Of a DNA stretch of 64,000 bases, positions 24,832 through 38,601 are shown piece after piece. Where the stretch lies: the NCBI RefSeq assembly GCF_006345805.1, contig NC_043024.1, positions 13,082,001 to 13,146,000 of the forward strand. The letters are read 5' to 3'. The stretch's first letter is position 1. Each line of letters starts with the position of its first letter. The notes below the pieces were generated by a model. That model did no database searches. It was not told the origin of the DNA and worked only from the letters and a program-made list of their open reading frames with translations. This stretch comes from Octopus sinensis. Lineage: Eukaryota. A program made the translations under genes and the position numbers.

Positions 24832-25111
24832 TGTGTGTACATACACATATATAATTTTTTATAATTTTATTCATACTTTATATATGAATATTTTAATCTT
24901 TAATTAACTAAATTTACCTTATTTATATTTAAATTTCCTCTGTTATCTCGTTTTACTTCATTTATATGTTTTAATTTTATTTTTCTACTCTTCTTTATTT
25001 CTAATCAATCTGGAAACCCCCTCGCGCGAGCATAACACTACAGATAATAAACCGTATGATTTTGTCTGCTGAAATGAATCATAAGCCCGCATATAACATC
25101 GCAGCGTAAAT

Positions 25112-25215
25112 CTTCTTCCCATTGATGAAACTATTACAAATATCATATAAATGTAAATTTAATATACAAATTTGTGACTAAATTATTGACAGTTAATTGA
25201 AACGGCCGTAAGAAG
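25112..25215 (+). ncRNA. Decayed hammerhead motif with long stem II
   Basis: cttc..TTGATGA-aact...agtt..GAAA-CGGCCG-TA-agaag; palindromic stem III; C3 mutated. Confidence 0.45.
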
Positions 25216-26029
25216 CGAAGATAAGAAATGTGTTTTTAATAATAAACAACTATTAACTTCCTAATTTCCGTTTTGTTTTCAACGTTTAACAAGATATAAA
25301 CCATATGCTTTATATATACCTATTATTTTAAGGGAATTTCATTTCCCCAAAATACTTGGTATTGAACCAATATTTCCTTGGATGCAACCATCCTTTCACG
25401 AGGTTAACATATCCTGGAATTAATTTAAATTTAATAAACTTAATAATTTTAATATGCATGTATGTATGTATGCATGCATTTATTTGTGTGTGTATCGAGT
25501 ATTCCATTGTTAACTCTTCTGAACGCTTCCTTTACATAAACGAAAAAGAAAACGAATTGTTCAGAGAAGGTCTCGGGGTATTATTAACATGTCAATTCCT
25601 CAATGATATAACAATAAGTCATTCCTTAAGCAAGGGCGATAATGAAGGAATGAAAAACAATTGAGGAATTTCAAACAAAGAATGAAGAAAATATTTTATA
25701 TTCATTCGTTATTGAAAAGTGAATCGTGATTTATTTGTCTTTCACTATCAATTATATCTTGCTCTATCTTTGATCAATCTCCATGTTGAGCAGACGTTAT
25801 TTACTTCAACGAATCAATGCCTGCGTTTCGGATATTGGTGCTGCCATAAATAAGCATAGCGCCGCAACGTTTTGGATAAACGCTCTGAGTGACACGAATA
25901 CTTGTATTCTTCAGGATATGTTGAATATTGTTTCCAGTAAGTACGAATCAAAATACATACATACGTATACTTGTATGAGTGTGTGTATGAAGAGACAGAG
26001 TGTGTGTCTGAGAGAGATAGAGGTAAATA

Positions 26030-26640
26030 ATCCTTTCTATTCTAGGCACAAGGCCCGAAATTTTTTGGGGAAGCGGTTAGTGAATTCGATCGACCCCAGT
26101 ACGCATCTAATACTTAATTTATCGACCCTAAAAGAATGAAAGGCGAAGTCGACCTCGGCGGAATTTAAACTCAGAACATAAAGACAGTTGAAATACCTAT
26201 TTCTTTACTACCCACAAGGGGCTAAACACAAAGAGGACAAACAAGGACAGACAAACGGATTAAGTCGATTATATCGACCCGAGTGCGTAACTGGGACTTA
26301 TGTAATCGACCCTGAAAGGATGAAAGGCAAAGTCGACCTCGGCGGAATTTGAACTCAAAACGTAAAGACAGACGAAATACCTATTTCTTTACTACCCAGA
26401 AGCTGCTAAACACAGAGAGGACAAAGAAGGACAGATAAACGGACTAAGTCGATTATATCGACCCCAGTGCGTAACTGGTACTTATTTAATCGACTCCGAA
26501 AAGATGAAAGGCATAGTCGATCTCGGCGGAATTTGACGTTGACTTTGCCGTTCATCGATGTAATCGACTTAATCCCTTTGTCTGTCCTTGTTTGTACACT
26601 GTATGTATAGCCCCTTGTGGGCAATAATGAAATAAACGTT
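26030..26640 (-). mobile_element. SINE family A trimer followed by an opposite-orientation fragment
   Basis: Three tandem ~185 bp units with the same junction; 26540-26635 is a plus-strand partial copy. Confidence 0.9.
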
Positions 26641-27003
26641 AGCGCGCCGGGTGAAATGCGTATCGATATTTCAACTGTCGATACGGCGTCAGGATGTCAG
26701 CTGATTGTGACGAAGTGCAGATGGAGGTCTACTCAGATGCTTAAATCATTAAGACAGGGTGTCCTTTTTCTCACAGAAACGGAAAACTGCTTCGTAAAAT
26801 CATATTTGCTCTCAAACGCTTTGTCCCCAGCCAGTATGTCGAGGACGTTTTGGGTTTGGAAACCAGATTCTCTCAATTTAATGTCTTCGCTGCTATATTT
26901 TTTTCAGTTTTGTAGATGTGGGGTTCCTCCAATCAGCTCCCATACCGCACAATCTCTTTAATCAGAATCACTTGTTTTGATGTTTGCATGTGTGTGTATG
27001 GTG

Positions 27004-27041
<38 letters not shown>

Positions 27042-27209
27042 GGCGTATGTATATGTATGTGTCTGCATTTACATGTATGTAAGCATTTGGGCACATACAT
27101 GTATGTAATATGTGTACACGAAAAAAACTATGTACTTTCTGATGAATGTGTGTGTATGTATGTATGTATGTATGTATGTATGTGTGTGTGTGTCTGTGTG
27201 CGTGTGTTT

Positions 27210-27243
<34 letters not shown>

Positions 27244-27728
27244 TTATTTTGCCTTGTTCTTCATTATTTCTTAATTCACCATTGAAAACTAAAATGAATT
27301 TATCAAACACACTTTGACTCTAGTTTGTTAATGTCAACCACTCAAGGCAGTCATTGTTTCTCTACTTTATATTGAATTAACAAAATAAACATCTACAACA
27401 ACCATCCCCGCCACCAACAACACCAGTTAAAACAAAAATTTACCGAAAACTCGCATTATTAAATCGTTATTTGTCTCTTAACGTCATCTTCCGTTTATTT
27501 CCATTTTGTTTTTATTTAATCATTTTTTATTCCATTATTTCTTCTTAACCTAACAAACACGGCTTCTAATGTTTTGCGTATTTCTAAACTTTACAAATGT
27601 TTTATAATTGCCTCTAAATTCTGTCAAAGGCACATAAATTGGCCGCACATTATATATAAGAAAATACATCTGTCCCAGGAAGAACAAAAAATGTCTTATT
27701 CCGTCTTGCTCGTATTAATTACTCTTCT

Positions 27729-27961
27729 AGAGCGGCGAGCTGGCAGAACCGTTAGCACGCCGGGCGTAATGCGTAGCCGTATTTCGTCTGCCGTTACGTT
27801 CTGAGTTCAAATTCCGCCTAGGTCGACTTTGCCTTTCATTCTTTCGGGGTCGATAAATTATGTACCAGTGTACGCACTGGAGTCGATGTAATCAACTTAA
27901 TTCGTTTGTCTGTCCTTGTTTGTCCCCTCTGTGTTTAGCCCCTTGTGGTAATAAAGAAACA
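27729..27961 (+). mobile_element. SINE family A monomer with 16-bp TSD tattaattactcttct
   Basis: TSD at 27713-27728 and 27962-27977. Confidence 0.95.
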
Positions 27962-28186
27962 TATTAATTACTCTTCTGGTTAGATCTTAGTCCTAACAGA
28001 GTGAAAGAAACTTATTCGCTTCGAAGTTACTGACAACCGCCTTGCTTTTAATTAGGCGTGGTCATTCAGTTATGCTCGTTCGTCTCAGCGACTCGATATG
28101 TGGACATAGGTACACAGACACCTTAGAAGGTAGCTTAAATGTGCATATATTTACATGCATGTGTGTGTGTGTGTGTGTGCGTTCGT

Positions 28187-28480
28187 GGGGACGCATGGCC
28201 CAGTGACTAGGGTGTTGCACTCATGATCACGAGGTCGTGGTTTCAATTTCTAAACTAGGTGGTGCGCTGTGTTCTAGAGCAAAACTCTTCCTCTCCCGTT
28301 ACTCTACGATCACTTCCATACCTGACACACCTTGCACCTGTTCAGAGGACGTCGATTAGATGAAGAGAGAGAGAGAGCTAATATACGGCACAATTGATAA
28401 TTAGAAATAAATTATTTGTGCAGCTTGTTTGACAAACCGTTCTACTCTTATACGTTGTCCTCGACGGCAGAGTCCATTCT
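28187..28480 (+). mobile_element. SINE family C (tRNA-derived)
   Basis: gggacgcatggcccagtgactagggtg...gtggtttcaatttc...tgtgttctagagcaaaac; similar copy at 52965. Confidence 0.7.
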
Positions 28481-28519
28481 ACACAACACACACACACACA
28501 CACACACAACACACACATA

Positions 28520-28848
28520 CTTTTAGTCTTCTGCTTGCTTCAGCCATTATACTGCAGCCTTGAATAGTTTTAGTGGAACGAATCAACCCCAGTGCTTTTT
28601 TCCTATTTTTAAGCTTGGTACTCAGTAAGTCGCTGTTTTCTATCGAACTCCTAAGTTACATGGATGTAAACACACCTACACCGGTTGTCCAGCTGACGAA
28701 CCACAAGAACAAAGACACACACACACACACGTACATACGGCGGTCTTCTTTCAGGCTACAGCAGAAAACGATTGCCCAAGGTGCCACGCAGTGGGACTGA
28801 GTCCGGAACCATGTGGTTGGGAAGCAAGCTTCTTACCACACAGCCACT
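28520..28848 (-). mobile_element. SINE family B, degenerate
   Basis: gcccaaggtgccacgcagtgggactga...ccacacagccac. Confidence 0.85.
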
Positions 28849-30322
28849 TCAGCAGTAATCTATCTATATGTGTGTGTGTTTGGGGTATATATATGTGTGT
28901 GTACAGGAGAGGGATTTGCATGCACATTTTTGCACATGTGCATGTATTTGTATACCTTCTACCTTCAATATGATGCACTCAGACTGCAGCTATTAAAGGA
29001 CACACGCTTCAATGGAATTTTAGTCAAACGAATCGATTAAAACTTATTTTAATCGGGGTACTTATTCTGTCGAACTATTTCACCGAACCGCTAGCTAACG
29101 GGGACACAAACACATTTACATTTGATGCATCACAAAAGTGACGAAACATCGATGTCGATCGCTTCTGAACGGAACTTGGCGCTAATTGTCTCACCTGTGT
29201 ACAAATGACATTCATGTGTTTTAACACCTGGCGCTTTCTGACAGAAATCTTCAACGCCTAGAATTGCAGCCGACGGACTAGCAAAATGCATACATTATGT
29301 TGGTGTGTCGATATATATATATATATATAAATATGCAATGTGAAGAAACAAAAGACCTGGTAATTCAATCCGCAAATAACGTAGCTTTTAGTTAGCTTCC
29401 GTTACCACTTGAGACTTGCTCCAATATTTTTACCTATACACGCTTGTTTTAACGTCTTAATACCTCCATCCGGAGATTTGTTTTTCAATCCATTAATGTA
29501 GACATATATTTTTAATATATTTATTTACAGATTAAAAAAAATAAAGTCTGTATTTTTATATTTTTAATCTATCATGTAGAATTGTCCTTTCAATCCATCT
29601 CTCATCGGAGTTTGCAGATTCAATTGCCAGTTTTTTTTGTTTCTTCACATTACCTATTGATATCCTTGGTCTTAAGTTACTGTTGAGCACTTCTAAGTTC
29701 AACCCTCCACTTTGTGAGAGAATTCCTTATCAATCTTCTTTCTCAAGACAATTACAATATATATACATATATGTATGTGTGTGTGTGTGTATACATACAC
29801 ACACACTCATATATACATATACTTTCTATTATAGGTAAAAGGCTGGAATTTAAGGGGTGGAGAGACAGTCTATCACTTAATTTATCGACTCCGAAAAGAT
29901 GAAAGACAAACTGGAACTAGGTGGGATTTGAACACAAAACATGGAGTTGGTCGAAATGCAAACAGGCATTTTGGCCGGCGTGTATATATAAGTAAAAGTG
30001 AGAGAGTGTGGGTGTGTGTGTCTGCGCGCGCGTATATATATGAATATTTCTGTATGTATAAGTGCAAATATATTTGTATCTGCATATATGTGTGTGTGTG
30101 TGTCTCTGTGTGCCTAGATATTAATATCTGTGCTTGAGTTTATTGTTGCAATGGTCTCAGTTACGAGAACTGTGTTATTCAATGTAAGCACTAACCTTAC
30201 AGGTTTCAATCAAATGTTTATATCGATCTCAACACTTCAACAGATACTTATTTAATCGTCACTATCAATCGAAATAGCTTTAGGGAATTATATCCGATTT
30301 TTGGACAAAAAATCTTATATGG

Positions 30323-30360
<38 letters not shown>

Positions 30361-30867
30361 CATAATATATTCCACTCGTGCGGTACCTTAAAACTCCACT
30401 ATGTTATATATATATATATATACACTCACACAAAAACACATATATGTATATACATATTTGTGTGTATATATTTATACAAATTCACACAATTTTATATGCG
30501 GCGTATAAATTTATATACACATTCGCAGATATGTTATATACACCAAGCTCTTGTGTATGTGTGTATAGGCTTTGTATGTTTTCCAATGCGTTTAAGTAGA
30601 ATCAAGTACACTTTCACAGAGTTATACATTCTGAACCGCTGCCAATTTCCATTCCACAGACAAAATGTTAGAGGATGGATCCTTGACACTGTTAGGAAAA
30701 TCATGAATTCTTAACTGGAGCTGTCACTTCTCGAGAAAGTCTTCACACTAAATTCTTCGTAATTGGGATGACAACCGTTTTATCAAGTATGATACATCGT
30801 TAGCTGCTTATGCAGGAGTGTGCTTATGTATATACGCACATAGACATATGTGTGTATGTCTATCTAT

Positions 30868-30891
30868 TTACATACCTATCTATCTATCTAC

Positions 30892-30926
<35 letters not shown>

Positions 30927-31055
30927 CTTATCTATCTATCTATCTATCTATCTACTTATCTATCTATCTATCTATCTATCTACCTACTTACCTATCTATC
31001 TATCTATCTATCTACCTACTTACCTATCTATCTATCTATCTATCTACCTACTTAC

Positions 31056-31091
<36 letters not shown>

Positions 31092-31125
31092 TCATCCATC
31101 TATCTAATTATCTATCTATCTTTCT
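30868..31125. repeat. (TATC)n tetranucleotide tract
   Basis: Direct reading. Confidence 0.95.
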
Positions 31126-31828
31126 ATGTATGACAAAGATGACTTTTGGCTGGAGATTGTTAGATTCATTGCTGTATTCTGACATATGTTTCTGCTTCCC
31201 ACACGTTTATTTGTAAGAATATTTCCGAATCCATAGAATTTTATTAAATAAAATTTATAATATTTATGGATGTTGAACATGTCTTTATTCCTAAACGGAT
31301 ATATATATATATATATATATATGCATGTATGTATGTATGATATATATATAATATATATATATATATGCATGTAGTATGTATGATATATATATATATATAT
31401 ATATATAATCATAACATATGTACGTATATATATATATACCATATATATATATATAAAATACCATTAAAAGCAAATTTCAGCATCATTCCTCCTCAGATAA
31501 CATCGCATATGGACATAATGTCTTTAAAAACGAAATACATAGCGTTGGCATTGAGAAAGTTCGCTGTATTTCTCCCTCATAGAGCTTCTCTGGTCGTATA
31601 TAGTCAAAGCTAACATTATGCCTAAGGGAAATCTACCCTAACAATAGAGATAGAAAAAAAAAATGGTGAATAGATAGACAGTCGTGGGAGAAGGAATTAG
31701 GTTAACTTGACATAAAACCGAATGGAACCATAACCTATGATGTTAGATTCATTTAAAAAATTAAGAGAAAAGAGGAAGCGATCAAATATGGCAGCCGCTT
31801 AATATATATATTCATACACAAATACATA

Positions 31829-33022
31829 TATGTGGTCTGATCGATACGCATCCAGATCGTTGCCATAGTAGCGAAGCTAATGCAGGGAGAGTGAAGTTGC
31901 TTGGCACAGATTGACCTTGAACTCTGATGTGCATGCGCACTAAGTTTACACCTTCTAGTCCACTTCCTCTGTTTACATCAGTGCTTGGAAGGAACATGTG
32001 TTTGCGAGTGTTCATCGCATTGACAATGAAAGAGAAAGTTAAGTAGAGAACCAGCATCAAATTTTGCCAAAATCTTGGCGATGCCAGCTCAGAGATTTAC
32101 GAAATGTTCTCAAAAAGTTTTCATCGTTCTCGACACAATCAAAGAGAACTCATGCAACTGTGAAACCCGAGTGTCCTTTCGGTCAGCTAAAAGCCGCCTT
32201 GGCACAGACTTGGCAGATGAGCGTTTCGTATCCAAATCTTCGATGATAAGGAACTGAACTGAACAGTAAACTAATCTGCACATCCTCTGAGAAGTCACGG
32301 ATGGAGATTCGACAATTTCTGTCAAAACTACACGCACGTCTTCGATATTTGTCTCCAAGACCGTTCGTCACTCTCGACATTTTCTTGGCCACCTTGGAAG
32401 CGTCTGAAGGACCCCACACTTTTTCTGCAATATTGCATAGACCTCTTAGTAGGTATCGCCATGGAAGCTTTCTCTGTCATGGTGAAGGCGACGATCACAC
32501 GTTACCAGTTAAGTACCAGTTGCGTACTGGGGTCGATCTATTCGACTGACCTGCTCCACCAAAATTTCGGGCCTTTTGCGTAAAGTAGAATCATGAATTC
32601 TTAACTGGAGCTGTCACTTCTCGAGAAAGTTTTCACACTAAAGCCTTCGTAATTGGGATGACAACCGTTTTATTAAGTATGATACAACGTTAGCTGCTTA
32701 TGCAGGAGTGTGCTAATGTATATACTCACATAAACATACGTGTGTATGTCTATCTATTTACCAGTTAAGTACCAGTTGCGTACTGGGGTCGATCTATTCG
32801 ACTGGCCCCCTCCACCAAAATTTCGGGCCTTTTGCCTAGAGTAGAAAACGGATCACACGATACTTCGAAGCACTGCTTTAAAGAACAGAATGAAGAATGT
32901 GTTAAAACTTAGTGCACATGTACAACACTGGCGGAGGTCAATCTGTACCTGGCACCTTTACTCTGCGTGCTTTTGCTTCGTTACAATGGCAACGACCGGA
33001 TACTTATTGATCAGACCTTGTA
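31829..33022. mobile_element. Decayed mariner fold-back derivative (two 5' halves in inverted orientation)
   Basis: Termini ggtctgatcgatacgcatccagatcgttgcca / tggcaacgaccggatacttattgatcagacc; plus strand MKEKVK*RTSIKFCQNLG (mariner HTH start); minus strand VQFLIIEDLDTKRSSAKSVPRRL (the ...VSAKFVPRLL / WVPHEL region). Confidence 0.75.
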
Positions 33023-33179
33023 TATGTCTATTTAGTTATATATATTTATGTATTTTATTGTGACTGGGGAGCATCATTTTCTTCTAGTGCCTTATTAATT
33101 TAACACTCACTGGTCTGACTTCCACTCATTTACATCTATGTATATTTATATGTATATAAACATACATATATCTATGTAT

Positions 33180-33538
33180 ACTCTTTTACTCTTTTACTTG
33201 TTTCAGTCATTTGACTGCGGTCATGCTGGAGCACCGCCTTAAGTACTTATTCATTCGGTCTCTTTTTGCCGAACCGCTAAGTGACGGGGACGTAAACACA
33301 CCAGCATCGGTTGTCAAGCAATGCTAGTGGGACAAACACAGACACACAAACACACACACACATATATATACATATATACGACAGGCTTCTTTCAGTTTCC
33401 GTCAACCAATTCCACTCACAAGGCATTGGTCGGCCCGGGGCTATAGCAGAATACACTTGCCCAAGATGCCACGCAGTGGGACTGAACCCGGAACCATGTG
33501 GTTGGTTAGCAAGCTACTTACCACACAGCCACTCCTGC
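33180..33538 (-). mobile_element. SINE family B
   Basis: Close match to the reverse complement of the 13033 copy, including the tRNA-like head. Confidence 0.9.
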
Positions 33539-33554
33539 ATGTATGTGCATATAT

Positions 33555-33698
33555 ATGGTCGAAATTTACAGAAAAACAAAACATGAAGACAGGTGTATGA
33601 ACACCAAGCAGGTTTATTAGCTAGATGCTCAGGAAATTGAGAAAGTCTCCTACGTTTCGAGCCTACGCTCTTCAACAGAAATGAATGAGAAGAAATAA
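33555..33698 (-). mobile_element. Family H element with HHR-like motif at 33646-33683
   Basis: Minus strand ttt-CTGTTGA-A-GAGC(GTAG)GCTC-GAAA-CG-TA-ggaga. Confidence 0.7.
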
Positions 33699-34435
33699 AC
33701 ACACACACACACACATACACACAAAGATATGTATATATAAACATATATATATAAATATATGAAAGAATGGAGTTGGACGACGAATTAACAAAATTCCTTT
33801 ATTTTCGAATATGTTTCGAAGGCTGCATATTCCTAATTGCGAAGGAATAAGGAGTATATTATGTCTTCTCGGATGTGAATTTCCTACCCAGGTATCGGTT
33901 AACCGAATTATCCATAACAAGATAATTCATTCAACTACTCAAATATATATATATATATATATATATATAGCGCATGTTAGTCTTTTAGTGTGTAACGTTA
34001 CGTAATTATAAATGCAAACAGAAACATGTGGTTATACGTGAATATCTTCATGTTTGCCGTATGTGTATGTATTGTGTACGTACGACTATACATAAGAACT
34101 TTTAGGAAACGCACACGCGTCGCGCACACAAACACACACACACACACACACACACATACACACAGAATATTCTTGAGTAAATTTGATATAAAAAACATTA
34201 TCGGTAGAGAAGTCATGTCTCATAAAAAAATATGAACCAAAATGAACTGGATGTTGAAAATAAATAAATTAAGAAATAAAAGGAAAAAAAGAAAATGGCG
34301 GGGAGGAGAATAAATGGAAGAAAAAAAAAACAACTAAATCTGTTATTTGAAATTACTTAAAATTTGAAAGAAGAAACGAAGGGCAAATAAACCGAAAGTA
34401 TAACAACTGAAGATCAACCGATTGCTTTTGCTTTG

Positions 34436-34438
34436 TAT

Positions 34439-34485
<47 letters not shown>

Positions 34486-34680
34486 TAATAATAACAATAA
34501 TAATAACAATAATAATAATAATAATAATAACAATATAAATAATAATAATGATAATAATACTAATAATAATAACAGTATAAATAATAATAATGATAATAAT
34601 GAATATTAGTATTATTATTTTTATCGATATTGCTATTATTATTGGTATTACTATTGTTGTTGTTATTGTTGTTATTACTT
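34436..34680. repeat. (TAA)n / (TTG)n microsatellite
   Basis: Direct reading. Confidence 0.9.
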
Positions 34681-35699
34681 TGCTGTTCCTCATCGAATTA
34701 TTTATTTGTTGTTGTTGTTATTAGCCTTAATAATATTGGGATTATCTCTTTTTCTTTTCATTTTATTTCTTTTTTAATATTTCCTAAATTCCATTATTGG
34801 AACTGTCAAAATAAAATTGATCACAATAAATCCTTTATTTGTGATAGGCAGAGTGAACAATAAAGCTATTAATAATAGTAGTATTAGTATTAGTAGTAGT
34901 AGTAGTGATCATGACGATAATATTATTATTATTATTATTATTATTATCAATAGTATGATTTTTATTAGTGTTTTATCTGCCACAAGGCCCCAAATATTGG
35001 GGCCTGCGCAATGGTAAAGTACATAAGAAGACAAAAATTTGAGATTGCGTGGAATTGACAGGGATTAAAATGGTCAGAATACATGAAAGCACTAAAAATA
35101 CAATAATAAATAGGTAATCCTTTATAAATAGCACTTAATGTAGGGAACACGATAAGAAAGAACGGTTAACGATATTTCAGACAAGCAAAGTGGAACAGTC
35201 CACATACAAGTCAATGTCACCCAGATATACCAATCGGCCGAAATCTGGAGCTCGATTGAGCGGTTTATAAAATGTCTTAGAAGCAGTGCATTATTTTCTA
35301 CAATCGTATTTCTTTTAAAGAAGACGGTAACTGTTTTGGAGATTTAGTCTTAGAGGAGAAGCTCTGCTGTCAGGCTTTTCTGCCACATCCAACAGAAAAT
35401 ATATTCTGTTTTAGTCAATCAAAGAAAGATAACTCGATATGTGAGTAAACGAAAAAGTTACTTCGAACTTCTTTAGAGACGTGACTGAGCGACGGAACCA
35501 TTATGTGATTCCTGGTGGGAAGCGTGACTAAGAGAGGGCCATTCTTTTGTGTTTCACATAATACATCAGTATTGCTTGTAACAACCCAAACTTTTGGATT
35601 GCTTTCTTATATTTGTGAGAGGTATGTTTCCAGAAATATTATAATCAAAAAAGCAATGTAAGGTAATAAATTCGTTTTTCTATGTCGAGTCATTAGCAG

Positions 35700-36667
35700 A
35701 CATATATACATACATATATATACACACATATATGTACACACTCATATACGCACACATATATATATGCACACATATATACACACATATGCACACACACACA
35801 CACACATATATATATATACATATATATACACACGCATATATATACATATATACATATATATATATACACACGCATATATATACATATATACATATATATA
35901 TATACATATATACACACACACATATATATACACACACACATATATATATACACACACACAGCACTATACACACACACACACATATATATACACACACACA
36001 CATATATATACACACACACACATATATATACACACACACACACATATATACCACACACACACACATATATACACACCACACATATATATACACACACACA
36101 CACACATATATATACACACACACACACATAATATATACACACACACCATATATATACACACACACACAATATATACACACACACACATATATATACACAC
36201 ACACATATACACCACACACCACACATATACACACACACACACACATACACACACACACATACACCACCACACACACACACACATATATATACACACACAC
36301 ACATATATACACACACACACACACTATATACACCACACACCACACCATATATATACACACACACAACACAATATACACACACACACACACATATATATAC
36401 ACACACACACATATATACACACACACACACATATATACACACACACACAATATTATACACACACACACACATATATATATATATACACACACACACATAT
36501 ATATACACACACACACATATATACACACACACACATACACACACACACACTATATCACACACACACATATATACACACACACACACCATATACACACACA
36601 CACAACACACACACATACACACACACACACACACACAACAACACACACACACACACACACCACACAC

Positions 36668-36700
<33 letters not shown>
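35700..36700. repeat. 1 kb compound (CA)n(TA)n tract
   Basis: Direct reading. Confidence 0.95.
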
Positions 36701-36734
36701 CAAAATAAAATAAAAACATGATGCGAAGGATTCA

Positions 36735-36812
36735 GCGGTACATATGTTTCGGGCCTTTATTAGACAGATTTATAACAATGCATAATGTATGTCTGTGGCC
36801 TTCTTCAGCCGC
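36735..36812 (-). ncRNA. Type I hammerhead ribozyme motif (left arm copy)
   Basis: Inverted copy of 40768-40845. Confidence 0.75.
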
Positions 36813-38601
36813 GCACAACAGCTTCCACAAGGACATGTGTTACATCAAAAAATTCTTGTTTGGGGATGCAAATCCTCTCATTCACGTACGACATAATGCG
36901 GCAGCAGCATAGAGTTGAAGCGTCCATCTCTTCTTCTCTCAATGTAGAATGAGGAAAATTGGATGTTGAGGTAATGTAAATAAATAAATACATATATAGA
37001 GGTGAAGATGGAGGGGCGAGAGTTCGGGACGAGGGATAAAAAATGTACAAAAAGTGTAAGTATAGAATAATATAAAAATGTAGAGGATAAAGGGTTGTAA
37101 GAGATGTAAAGGGGGTATAAAGAAATATAAAGTAAAATAGAAATAGAAATAAAAGTAAAAAAACCTGATAAAAACATGATAAAAGTGTAAAAGAATGTAA
37201 AGATAGGGATGTATAGAGGTTATGGACCAAGCATGGTGGTCAGGAGATTGATAAAATTTAGTTGTAGAATTGTCAGTACATCAACAATTTCGTCTGGGGA
37301 CTTAATGCGTTGTAAATCAGAGCTGATGAGCATTTAATCTGGTTCCTTGAATTAAATGGACTTCTAGTACATACATATCATCATGGATATATACACCCAC
37401 ATACACGCGTACATATACGCCTCCAAGCCTATAACATACACACGCACTCGCGTGTAAAACGTACATAAACACACACGCACCCACACGCACGCGCGTACAC
37501 ACACATACATACACCGAATATCCGCATATATACACGGACATTACGCGCGTACACGCTCACATGTATATACGCGCGCCTATCACTACCTACACACACGTAT
37601 ATGCCCACGCCTCTAGGTCCAGGTATAAGATATTAAAGGATGTGTATAAGAACGTATGTAAAGAATCCCGTACTCATGCCAATACGCGCACGCACACACG
37701 GCTGTGTGTCCGTATGTGCGTGCACATATACACTCATATACACACACAGAGACACACGCGCACATGGGTATAGCTATAAGATATCGAAGTATGCATGTAC
37801 ATATATGCGCGTGCATATGTATGTATGCGTATACACACGTACGCGGACGCTCGTATATTCAAAAGGTGGATCCATAGGTAAGTAAATAAACATATATAGA
37901 GGTGTAAAGCGATAAGTTAGGGGTAAGAATGAGGGTAAGGATAAAGATTAGAAATAAAAAATACAGTAGAAAATAAGAAATACAATGTAATAGTTAGAAA
38001 TGAAGTATAAGAATTATAAAAATTATAAGAGTTAAGGTAAGGGATGAAAATGAAAATGAGAATAAATGGAAGTAGAATAAAAGTAAAAATAAAATTAAAA
38101 ATAAAAATAAAAAATAAATGGAAGTAGGATAAAAGTAAAAATAAAAGTAAAAATAAAAATAAAATAAGATAAAAATATAATTTTGTAAAGTTTAACATGA
38201 GATGAAGGTGGTTGAAAGTTAGAGGTGTGTGTTAAACGTAGGGGCGGGCGGGGGGAACTGAAAATTGGAAGGGTGGGAAGTGGAGTTTGGCGGTGTGTGT
38301 GCGTTCAAACTCTGAGTTAGAAATGTGAAAGGGTATAGATATAGGGGATTAAAGAGACTACATAGGGAGGATATGGGTGTAGGAGAAGAAATATTTAGGG
38401 AAAAGAAGTCATATATGGGAGACAAAATTTGTATATATAGGGGGAAAATGCAGGGGACCCTATATGCACGTACACACACCCACACACACACACGCACATG
38501 TACATATATATGTATATGTACACATACGTACACGTATGTGCACATACATACGCACACACACACACACATACACATATACACGCACATATAGGAAGCGGGA
38601 T

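Noticed and set aside
26030-26540. Regularly spaced repeats that might suggest a CRISPR-like array
   Set aside because: Tandem SINE units without unique spacers; eukaryotic context and no cas genes.
26690-26960. Coding-like minus-strand stretch (…SEDIKLRESGFQTQNVLDILAGDKAFESKYDF…)
   Set aside because: Interrupted by stops, no recognised family, no supported exon boundaries.
37321-37370. CTGATGAG followed by hairpin catttaat/attaaatg, with an inverted copy near 40210-40260
   Set aside because: No GAAA or stem III after the hairpin, and the nearby GACGAAAC lies on the opposite strand; not a complete hammerhead.
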